DNA of 64,000 bases. Source: Candidatus Poribacteria bacterium. GTDB lineage: Bacteria > Poribacteria > WGA-4E > UBA9662. The stretch is taken from assembly GCA_036339735.1 (NCBI GenBank), contig JAYZAL010000016.1:23499-87498 (forward strand), read 5' to 3'. The notes beneath the pieces were generated by a model, which saw only the letters and a program-made list of their open reading frames with translations, ran no database searches and was not told the DNA's origin. Below, piece by piece: positions 40,906-52,900 of the stretch. How positions within the stretch are numbered: the first letter of the stretch is position 1; each line of letters begins with the position of its first letter. The translations under genes and the position numbers were made by a program.

Positions 40906-43900
40906 TTACTTGACTATTGTCATTTTTTTACTAAACACGCGATTTTCGCTCTCACTATCTAGTCTTAGGACATAAAAATAGATACCACTACCGATGGGTT
41001 CCCCAACATCATTACAGCCATCCCAATAAATGGCTCTTTGACGATTCACGTAATGCCCAGCTGTTTGATACCCAAGCTCGATTGTTCTCACTAATTGACC
41101 ACTACTGCTATAAATTTTTAGCTCAACTTGACTATCAGTTGCAATCTGGTATGGGATCCAGGTTTCAGGATTAAATGGATTAGGATAGTTGTACCCTAGT
41201 TCACTATATTTAGGCACTTGATAAGCAACCAGATCTGGTAGCTTAATGAAACCATTCTGTAAGTCTTCACGAGTAACTTGATAGACTACTGGTTTAACTC
41301 TGAGTTCTCTATTAGATAATGCTATCTCAATTTCCAACACATCATTAACAGAAAGTAGTCCCTCCGGTTGGAAGTTTATCTGGGTTGCTGAAAAATGACC
41401 ATCTAATGTCGTTTTTGCATACAGGTTGAAAATGGATTGGTTCGTCCAATAGCCACTGTTAGCGGACAAACTACTCAACCGCTGAACCGTGAAACTAATC
41501 TCTTCATTCACTGATTGACTTTCCTCATCAGTCAACCGACCATTCATTACTAATAATGGTGTGCCGTTTTGAGGTAATATAGACGGTGCCGAATTCAATT
41601 TTCCTTGAAACGTATTTGACCAAGCTAAACCACCGATCTGCACTTCACTACTACGTTTTGCTGTGACTATAAACGATTGCCCTCCAACAATAGGAACATC
41701 TCCATCATCGCCTTTTGCTGCTACAACCTTGAATTTACCTTGATCCGGTACAATTATGGCTGTGGCATTATCTTTAAATCCATCTAATGCAAACAAATCA
41801 CTAACGGTACTTATTTGGTGATTCTTGACAGGAATACCAACATGATTCAACCCTTTTTGTAAACTAATAGTGCCGACACCATTATCTCCTAGCGATCGTC
41901 CATATAACTGAAGTGTCGTAGGTTCCTTCAAAACAGTGATGATACCAGTATCACCTTCTATTAAACGATCTGATTGGCTATTTCTATTTAATTCGCCTAA
42001 ATAACTACTCCAAGCATTTTGCCGATGATCATAGGTGATGAGTAAGTTAACTTTTTGGGCTCCGCCCAAGACCTGATATAAATCACCAACCGTCTTAATT
42101 TCTTGCCTTTCATTATTAACAGCGGTTACAGCTAAGGGTAAGTGTATCATGCTGATTCCGACTGGAACATCAAGCGTAAAAGTCGATACCCCATAGAAAT
42201 CGACGGGGATTTCAGCTGTTTGTGATTTTCCCGTCTTATCTGAAATCATTAAGCGAACTAAGCGCATCCGGCTACTTAACAGCAAATCAGCTGGAATACG
42301 GGCAAATGCAATATAGTGAGTCATTACCTCCTCACTGTCGGATTCATCATCACTCATATTTTCCGTTTCAACTACTGTTAGTCCACTAACCAAAGAGGAC
42401 GCAGTTTCCTCCGGTGCCAAAGCCCTATACTGCAGTAATGTAATAGGTTTCCAATTATATTGGATTTCTTCAGGATTTTCGGGATTCTCGAGGAGTTCAT
42501 CAGAGATAGACAAACTAGGTGTAACTTCAGAGCTAGAGAAAAATTCGACACTGAACCGGTCCCCGCTATGTAAACGTGTTGGCAGACTAACTCGATTGAG
42601 TTGTAAAACCTCTTCAATTGTTATTGTCTTCTCAGCATTTTGAGTGGTAACGTTTCCATAGGAGTCTGTTAATTCAATGATTAGCTTAGCATTTAATGCT
42701 CTGTCGCCCCCTCTAAATGTATAGCTAGATCGATACTGATTTGCAAACATCCCTTGTACCAATGGCTCTTTGCCAGTGACACCAGCAATCTGGAATGTTC
42801 CCGAACAATTTTCTTCACCAACTACGGTAATGGTAAGTTTGTCTCCAACTTTGTATTTGCCGGTACCGCTTACATTTAGTTTTTTGATTTCTGCTACAGT
42901 ATCGATCTGAATTGGTATGTCCGTTTCTTGAGTAGTAGCATTGCCCAAAGCATCGAAGAGAGTCAGTTGGACTGGAACGGAACTAGGTAACCCATCAACC
43001 TTAGTTGTTACACCGGCTGGGACTTGGTAAGGAATAGCCCAAACGGCGTCATTAGCACTTTCATCTTGGTGTGTACCGTCGTTGTACAGATCTCCGGAGT
43101 CGATTGATTCACTGACCGACGGATCACCAATTTTGTAAGTACCTCGCTTAGCAATATCAAAATCGTCCCTTTGGATAGCCTTAATGATAACAATCTGACC
43201 AACTTTACTAATTACCCCCGTACCACCATCGTGGGTGGCTTTTAATATAGCTGGACCTTCTGCATCCAGTTGGTAATTAAATCCTTTGTAGAATTTCTCA
43301 TCACCAATATTGATGGTCAGCGTCTTCTCTCCTGGGGACTGCGGCCTGGAAATAATATACTCCATCGCCACTTCCCCTGTTGCTGAAACATTACCGAAAG
43401 TAACATCTTCCACAAACCCGATACTTACAGAAATCGGTGCATTGGCTGGGTAACCACTCCCCTGAATGTCGATTTTAGTTCCGACACTACCCTCGGTTGG
43501 TGAAATGGTAATCGGTGTTGATGTAATAGAAATACCACCTTCAGCGACGTTAGTACTGGCAGAAACCCGAATTTTATGAGCGCCGGCAGATAGGGAGGGC
43601 ATAGTCAGCGAAAAATCGTAGCTTCCATTAGCTTCAGTGGTGAATACTTGATCTGTTACTATTACACCTCCGATAGATATAACAGCAGTTTCATTGGCAT
43701 TAAGACCTTTACCTGTAACATTGATTGTGTCGCCAGGCCTAAATTGTGCTCCCTCAACAGGTGTATCCAAAATTCCAAGGATAGTTAGCTGGCTTGCAAT
43801 TGTCGGCGTCTGTTCAGCATTCGTTATTCCACTATCGGTGGCTACAATAGTGACTGAACCACCTGGCAACTCCAGTGGTATAATAAATTCAGCTTCAAAA

Positions 43901-46900
43901 GAACCACGTTTGTCTGTTTTAATAATCGACGGTGTAGTATCAATTTTAGCCCCATCTAACGAAACGCTAATCACATCTTCTGACCGGTAACTCGAACCAA
44001 CAACAGTAATAGTTTCTCCTGGTTTTGCACCGTCAACGGCAAGCTGTAATTTTGGTAAAATTTCGAAATCCGCCTTCAACTCTTGGACTGCAGTAAATTT
44101 GACTTCAGCCGTTCCACCATCGACCGAAGGCACAATGAAACTGACCTTAACCCGACCGGCAGAATCGGATAAAACACTATTATCTGATTGAAGGGAACCG
44201 ATCTGGTCAACAATGGTCAAACCGTTAATTTGACTACTAACAGTAGTTTCTGTTCCATTAGGTTGCCTCAGAGTTAAAAACCCCAAATTCGCATTGGCTA
44301 AAGGCGCTCCATTTTCACTGACAGCTAGCCCTGCAATTGTTAGTTTGGCATTAGCTGTAATCCTTTCGGGTTGAGTTAGCAAGCTAGCCGACTGCATATT
44401 AACCCCAACAAATGGCTCGGTTCCAGTCGACAATCCAGTTGAGTCACTTATGCGAATGAAAGTAGAAAATCTGCTATTAGCATCTGGTTGACTCGTATAG
44501 GGACCGATCGGAATAGGAAGACCAATAGAAAAAGTACCATTCGAGCGTGTGACAGCTACTACATTTGTCAAATTAGTTAAGCTATTTTCACTGTCGCCAA
44601 ATAAAACACGCAAATTCGAGCTAGCATTAAAACCATTTCCTTGAAGTACTACTTCTTGACCGATATCGGCTACACTGGGACTAAAAGTCGTAATCATAGG
44701 CCGAATTTTAAAAGCAGAAATTTTGGTTTTACCGGAGGTTGATCCAACAGCCTTTATATTCTGTGTGCCACCAACTTGTGCGGCGATTACGATCGTGGCT
44801 ACAAATTGACCTTCAGCATTAGTAAAGGGGTAAACTTTTTGTGTTCCAAATGTGACGGTAACTTCTTCTTCAGCTCCGAAATTACTACCTGTCAGGGTTA
44901 ATGTGTTGCCAATACTGGCTTTCCTATCCAGACTCTCTGCATCTGTCGCATTGGTGTTATCATCCGAATTATCGGAAATTTCTAGCGTAGGTTGACCTTC
45001 AGCTGGTTCAATAGTGAAAGTATCAATTTTGCTGCTCGATGAGATTTGTCCTACTACACTTATTTCAACATCACCATCCGGCTGCTCGGCAATAACAAAG
45101 GTCGAGCTAAAGCTACCATCAGCCAGTGAATTAACAGAAATTTTTTGCTGTCCTAGCTGAATATTAATTGGCTCATAAGGACTAAAGTTTTCTCCGGTGA
45201 TTGTCACCACATTACCAATTTTGGCTTTTTTGTCTATGCTGCCTTCATCAGCGTTATTGGTATTACCATCTGAATTATCACTAACGATAATTGTTGGTTG
45301 ACCAACCGGAGGTAAGATGGTAAAGCTTAAGCTGCTAGTCGAACCGCTGGCTTGTCCTGTGGCTTTAAGTTCTTTGTCTCCATCCGTTTGTTGAGCTACG
45401 ACAAAAGTGGCTAGAAACCGACCGTCTTGGAGCGTAGATGCTTGAAAAGATTGTGTGCCTAGAGAAATCAAAATTGGCTCGTAGGGGCCAAACCCAGTAC
45501 CGCTCAGTGTTAATGTATCTCCAACTCTTGCTCTTCTATCTTTGCTATCTGCATCATTCGAGTTGGTGTTTCCATCGGAATTATCGCTAACTGAGAGTGT
45601 TTGTTTCGGAGGTTCAGGCGTTGTAGGTTGAGTTGGCGTTGTAGGTTGAGTTGGCGTTGCAGGCTGAGTTGGCGTTGTAGGTTGAGTTGGTGCTCCACCT
45701 GTGACGTAGATCAGTTGTTCAACTCCACCATACTTAAGATTATCACCAACCAAAGGCGTACCTGATGCATTTTCCGCTCGAATAGTTATAATATTACTGC
45801 CTGCACCCGGAATCGAAAAAGACAAATCTCCATCACTGCCAAAACTACCTCTATCATCAACCAAAATATTCGACAAGGTTGCTGGGATTGCTTCACCAAC
45901 TTTAATTAAAACTTTTTCTGTAGGATTAAAGCCAGTTCCACGAACATTAATCACTTCTCCAACAGCTGCTGATGCTTTATCAAACTTCAGACGAGGTGTA
46001 ACTTTAATTTGACTGATTAACGGTTTTAAAAGGTTTGCGCTGGATAATTCAATCGAGACCTCACCATTTGGCAATTCTGGCAAAATATAGTTAGCTTGCA
46101 CTCGACCCATTGTGTCAGCGGTAGCTTCAATTTCGTCTGTTCGTACGTGGATCTTGACTTCTTCACCTGGCAGCATTGCATAGGCATTAATTGCTAACGT
46201 ATTTCCTACACTAGGGTTATCAGGAACAACAGACAGAGAACCTTTGACATTGAAAGTAGCTGTTTGGTCAACGATTTCCTGATTAGAACTACGGATACGC
46301 ATTTCAGCTAGTCCACGTGGGTGACTAGGTACCGAGAAAGGCAACTCAAAACGCCCATTATTGCCAACAGTTGTAGAGGTTAACGACCGGACATCACCAA
46401 AATCTAATATGACTTGGGTGTTGTGCAAATAACCATTACCCGTAATCGTGACCGCATCATTCCGTTTCCCTGTAATCGGATAAACTGAAATCAGCTGACC
46501 AATTATTTTGAATGAACCTAATGCTGACTGTGCTATACCTACGGTCTGACCGTAAAGACTGATTGTTATCTGTCCACCAGGTTGCTCGTCAGCTTCGAAA
46601 GTAAAGTTAACTTCACCTCGAGCGTTGGCATTGACCGAAGGTAACTGAGTCGTTCCAAATTTAGGTTGGATAACTTCGTCCGGTACAAAACCAGCGGCAT
46701 TAACTGTGATCTTTGTCCCTACGGTACCTTCAGACGGAGAAATGTTAGTAACTTTAGCCGTCCCAAACAAGGTTAGTTCTCCCGCAGAAATTGAATGACC
46801 AAAACCATCATCAATCTTAACCTCATGTTTGCCAGCAGCAAATACGGGCTCAGCCGATGAAATAGGCAATTCAACGGCTTTGATAAATACGCCGTTCTGA

Positions 46901-49900
46901 TCAGCTAATACAACCTCTCCAATCGAAACCGTACCGACATATATCTTGCTGTTAGGTTGACCAGGGGCAAACCCCTCCCCTCTTACCGTAATTGTATTAC
47001 CTAATAAGCTATAGGACAATTTGGGAATTATTTCTAATTGGCCTTCCAATTTCTGGCGACCATTGATATCAAGCCGGTTATTTCCGTTGCTATCCTCGTT
47101 TACATCTAACTTGCCGTCGTTATCAATGTCTTCACCTGCATCTATTATTGTATTTCCATTGACGTCTTCATTTACATCGAGGCGTCCATCACCATCTATA
47201 TCTTCAGTTAAAGTGGCTGTAGTTAATAGTGTTTTCATACCAGCAGTTCCATAAGTACTATTACTAGGAACAACAAATCCAATCTCGAAAACACCATTCT
47301 GATCTGTAAATATATTGCCTAACGCATCAACAAACCCAGTACCGATATCTGTTATTGTTGTCAATTCTACCCCTTGGTCGTTAGCAACATTTCTTAGCTC
47401 CAATTTGCCGACGTTTGTCTGTGATGGATAATCTTGACCTCGGACCTTAACAGTATCTCCAACTTTTGCTTGTGAGTTTTCAATAATTGACAACTGTCCA
47501 CCATTGACTGAATTAACAGAGGAATAAATAAAGTCAATGAACGCGTTAGTACTAAGGGTTTGAGCTGTTACTTTCACCTTCCCAGAAGGGAAATTAGAAG
47601 GTTGTGGTATGTTAAATGAGATGTTCATTGCACCTTGAACGGAGGTTGACGCGTTGGTGTCGATAGGAACGCCACCATTTAACAAGATGCTAACAGGCTC
47701 GTTTTTATCAAATCCGTTTCCTACCAAAAAGACCTGCGTTCCGTCAGTACCAGTTTGCGGAGAAATGCTGGTCACCTGACTGACGACACGAACACCAACC
47801 GTATTTAGCTGAGATGTGTTACTGATCAGGCGAACCGTTTTAGGACCATAAGGAATTTGGGGTACAACAAAAATTGACTCGAATGAGCCGTCAGAATTAG
47901 CATTAAAACCTTCTGTTAAATTAGCAATATTCAGAAGATTCGCTACACCAAGTCGAACTTGAATAGTCTCATTAGATAATAGACCATCTCCTACAATTTT
48001 CACTTTTTGTCCAACTCTAACATCCACAGGTGTAAAACCGAATGTTGTAACAGCTAAACCTTCAATAGACAGAATCCTAGCCGTTACAGTAAAGTTAGTC
48101 GAAACGACCTCTCCAGCACTATCTTGAGCTGAAATGAGTTTCTTGCCACCAACCTGAACGGGAACCACGAACTCTAGAGAAAAATCTCCACCTTTATCTG
48201 AAAGAAGGCTTCCTTCAGAAATAATTGTGTTACCTCCCATTTGCAGAGTTAGCAAGTCATTAGGGACAAAGCCTTGTCCGCTGATACGTATACGTGTTCC
48301 TATTTTTCCACTAGCAATCCCCGATGAAAAACTACCATCCGGAAGTATTATTCCTTCAACGGTCAGCTTGGGAGTTACACGAAAATAACTTTCAGTAATA
48401 TTATTACTAGTTTTGCCTGTAACTCTTACGGGTTTTACACCTGAAGTCTGGTGTTGAACTTTTGTGGTGTAGGTGTCAAAAACACCTTGTGGGTCCGCAT
48501 TTATACGTGCGATTTGAGCAGGTTCCCCAAACTCTATTTCGATAGATTCACTAGGTCGGAAGCCATCTCCAGCAATTCTCAACGACTGACCATTCGCCAA
48601 TATCGCTGGACTAACCAATGTGATTCTAGGTATAACATTGAATTCGGTTAATCCACCAGCATCAGTAGTAATAGTAATCGGCTGGCCTGATGGCAATGGT
48701 GGCAATCTAAACTTCACCTCAAAGGATCCGCGTGAATCAGCTTGTATACGACCAGCTATAATCTGTCCGTAACCTGCACTGACCAATTGGTGGTCGCCAT
48801 AAGTAATGGCTACGCCATTGAAACGCAATAATCGAACTTCGGAAGCTTCAAACCCAGTTCCTTTGACTAACAACTGCGAGCCAGCTCTACCTTCCGCCGT
48901 TGGCGGATCAACAATGGTCAGTTTCTTTTGAACCTCGAAGCTACCTTTTGTTTTGGCAAAAACTTTGTCGGTACTGATTAGTTTAACACCAGTAGTAGCA
49001 GTGGGTACGATCATTCGTACCTGAAAGACTCCTGTTTCATCAGTCACTACTGAGTTATCTTCAATTTTACCAACACCGGTTGCTGAAACATCGGCTGGGT
49101 TACCATCAAAGGTGATTTGGCCGATATCAGCTGAAATAGGAAACCCAGTTCCTGTTATAGTCACAGTATCTTCTGGAGAACCAAATACCGGGCTAACATC
49201 GATTCGCTTAGTCGCTTGTTGGGAAAGGATGAATTGAGAGGTGGTATCACTGATTTCATGAGCACCAAACTTAGTCGTAACAGTGAAAGTCATGGGACCT
49301 AGCGGTAAATCATCACCTCCACCCAAGTTAAATATCGCTTCCAGATCTCCTTTTTCATCCACTGTCCCTTGACCAGCGAAAGCATTGATTGTTGATGAAG
49401 TAATAGTCGCAGTTCCTGTATGAAAGCCATACCCCTGGATTGTGATTTCAGTTGTGCTATCTCCACTAACTGGTTCTAGAGATGAGAGTCTTCCACTGAC
49501 CTCAAAGCTACCAATATCTACGCCTTCGTCAGTATCTATTGCCACATTGGTTGTCAGGCGTTGGCTATCCTTGGCATCTTCAACCCGAATGTTAATGTCT
49601 GGATGTCCAGCCAGTTTGCCAGTACTAAATGACAACGCGAAAGTGCCATCAGACTGAACGACATTTCCTCTTAGATTGTAGTTTGTTGTTGCCTCATCTT
49701 CTGCAGGAGCATTTTCATCTGTTGTTTCAGCATTAATAATTTCAGTTTCGATATTTGTCAGCAGTGTAACTTTAAGTGTATGCCCTGGTGTGAATCCTCT
49801 TCCTGCCAATGTGATTCGGCCTGGACCGATTAGTGTTCGATTCCCAGCACTTATCGCAGTGTCATTTATTAAGAGTCGGGTCAGTTGTCCTTGGATAGAA

Positions 49901-52900
49901 ACAGCATTACTAATTTCGTCAAAACTGCCTGAAGCTTGGCGAACTACCACATCTTTTAATCCGTAAGGAAGAATTGAGACCTTGAAACGCGATTGAAAGG
50001 TTCCGTTGTCGCGAACTCTCGTATCACCAGCCGATATAGAAATACTTTGCGTCGCCCCAAAATCGATAAATATATTTTCATTGGGAATATATCCATCACC
50101 TACAACTTCTATTACATCTGCAGGTTGAACAGGAGATGACGTCGTAAGGTCTGAGCCAACAGATAAATCATTATCGTTTTGGTCAGCGTACGAGGGGATT
50201 AAATCTTTATCATTATCAACAACTGCTATATTTTGGACAGCGTAAATGCCCGTAATACGACCCAGAATGCTGAAACTATGTTCTGCTTCCCCACCACTAT
50301 TTCCAGTTGCACGAACAGGCTTAGGTCCTCCTCCTAAAAAAGGAACGGAGAACGTACGTGAGAACTCACCCGTTGCACCTACAGTCGCGTTGCCAATATC
50401 AGCAGTACCTAGTTTCAAGGTCACCACTTCTCCATTAGCAAAACCCATTCCTTTGACTGTAACATTTTTTCCAACTTGAGCACTTGTCGGAGTTAAGCTA
50501 ATTTGGCTGATCAATGTAAAATCAATTTGTCCCTGCAGTCCACTATCGTTATGCAACTCAATTTTACCTGCTCCTTTAGGCTGAGATTTCAAATCAAAAG
50601 TAGCATTGAATTCCCCTTTCTCATTAGCTAAGAATTCGGATGGATCAACGACTTTCCCGTCGAACTTAACTGTCACTTTCTCATAAGCCTTAAACCCATT
50701 ACCAGAGAGAGTGATTGGCGTTTCTGTTGTGCCAATTACTGGTTCAATTTCGGTTATTTTTCCGGTTATTTGGGCCGTAAAGGCAGCCTCTACAGTCTGA
50801 CCAGTATCTGCTGCTACAACAATTTTATAATTGCCACCTTGTGGTACTACAGGTAACTCAAACGAAGATGAAAAGGTACCATTGTCCTGTGAAATTCCAG
50901 CTACCATCTCGATACTATTGAATGCGACAGTATACCTAGTATTTCTAGGGAACCCCTTACCCGTAACTGAAATCACATCTCCAATTTTAATGGTAGCTGG
51001 TGATACCGGATTGATTGTTATTGAGCTAACAACGTTGAAATCCACTTTACTTTGCTGTAACTGAACAGATTGAAGCCCCACCGCCGCATCCGGAACGGTG
51101 AATGCGAACACTGTATCAGCAATGTTATTACCAGCAGGAACAGTTGCAATTTCAACACCGCCAAAGAGCAACTGTCCACCTGCAAAATTGCGATTAACGG
51201 TCAAGTTAACATTTGTTCCAACTATACCTTCCGTTGGTGTCATATGAATAACGGGATAATCGCTACTGCCTTGCAACTCCCACGATAGCAAGGTTGCACC
51301 ATCACGTCGAATATGAGTTTGATTGTTACTTGTCTCACCTGTGACCTCTATTGTTAGTGTGCCAACGTCACCTAGGCTAGGTACTGGGAAACCGACTGAT
51401 AACGCACCGTTAACTTGTGTCGTTGTAGTTTGAACCACCAATGGATTCCCTAAAACAGCTCCCTTAAACTTAGTTACAGCGACGGTTATGACTTCTTCAC
51501 TTCCCCATCCATCACCAGTTAGACTTATGATTTCACCGACGTAAACGTTGTTACCAGTTGTTGGATTTGCACTTGAAATCTGGTTCAACACCGAAACCGT
51601 CTGATCTCCCACTGCTGTCAGTGAAGAGTTGCGACCAATAGCCAAGATCTTTTTAGCACCAAAGGTTTGCTGGTTGATGGTGAAAGTAGAGCTACTAAAC
51701 TTCCCGTTAGCATCAGTGGGAAAAGTCCCTGCGGCGAGTTCGACATTATCATCGGTCAACTTAATATCTACATTTTCACTACTGGCAAAGCCCACACCCG
51801 ATACGGTAAAGGTATCTCCGATTTTCCCTGATTGCCCCGCAGCTATGGTAAGCTTAGGAATAATGGAAATTGTTTGATAATTTTGATGGTAATCTAGCTG
51901 TCCATTGTTGTTAGTGTCTTCACCGGCATCTAATATGCCATTCGCATTAATATCTTCAAGGTTCATTAGGACTTGATATTGACCTGCCGCTATAGTGGCA
52001 GGTAGAGTGACAGCGGTTTTGAATTTTCCATCTGCATCTGTCTTTACTTGAGTACTCGAATTGCCCGCATCTTGCCCATAGATGTAGTTATTAATTGTGA
52101 CTACAACAAAGTTTCCAGCAGCCGACTTAAGGTTGATGGAACCAATATCAGCTGATTTAGGATAGCCGGTACCAACAACTGTTAGTGCGCTACCTGGAGT
52201 GTACCCAGTAACGGGGGTTTCGATTTGCAAATTTTGGTTGCTATCTGGATGAGAATACAAGAAAGATGCCGTAGCATCTGGTGTAGATTTGGAACCTCGA
52301 GCCCTAACTTCTAGAAGGCCACCAAGAGATTGATCCCCAGTAACGAAAGTCGCTCTAAAGCTACCAGGTGGCTGACCACCAAAATCAGCTTTTCGAATTT
52401 CCATAATCGGGCGAGTTTGCCCAAAGTCGATATACACAATCTCGTCATCTGAGGTTCCTACGCCAGCGAAATTATGGCCAGAAACTGTAACTGTATCGTT
52501 AGAAGTTCCACCGGTAGGCGTAACCACAATAGATGGCTCAATAACTAAGGCATTATCTAACTCAATTCGACTTCCAGAAGCGTTGGCCGAAACGATAATA
52601 TCGTGGGTTGCCTGCCAGCGGCTGTCTAGTATTTGTATATTAGCAGTAAATTTTCCCACTGCATCAACTGTGGTTCCACCGGGTAAGGTAACTTGTTGAT
52701 CTCCAACAGTAACAGTCAACGTATCTAAAACTTTAAATCCCCGACCATTAAGCGTAATTGTATCACCATACTTGACAACTTTTTGGCTGGATAACGTAAC
52801 CGAGGGCAAAACATTAAACCCAAACTGACTGGCCCCGAGCTGGATAACAACAGGTCCATTGACGTGATCGGGAATCTCAAAAGAAATTTCATATTCACCA

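Noticed and set aside
45617-45690. Tandem repeat as a possible CRISPR array
   Set aside because: No spacers, in-frame coding linker, and no cas genes nearby
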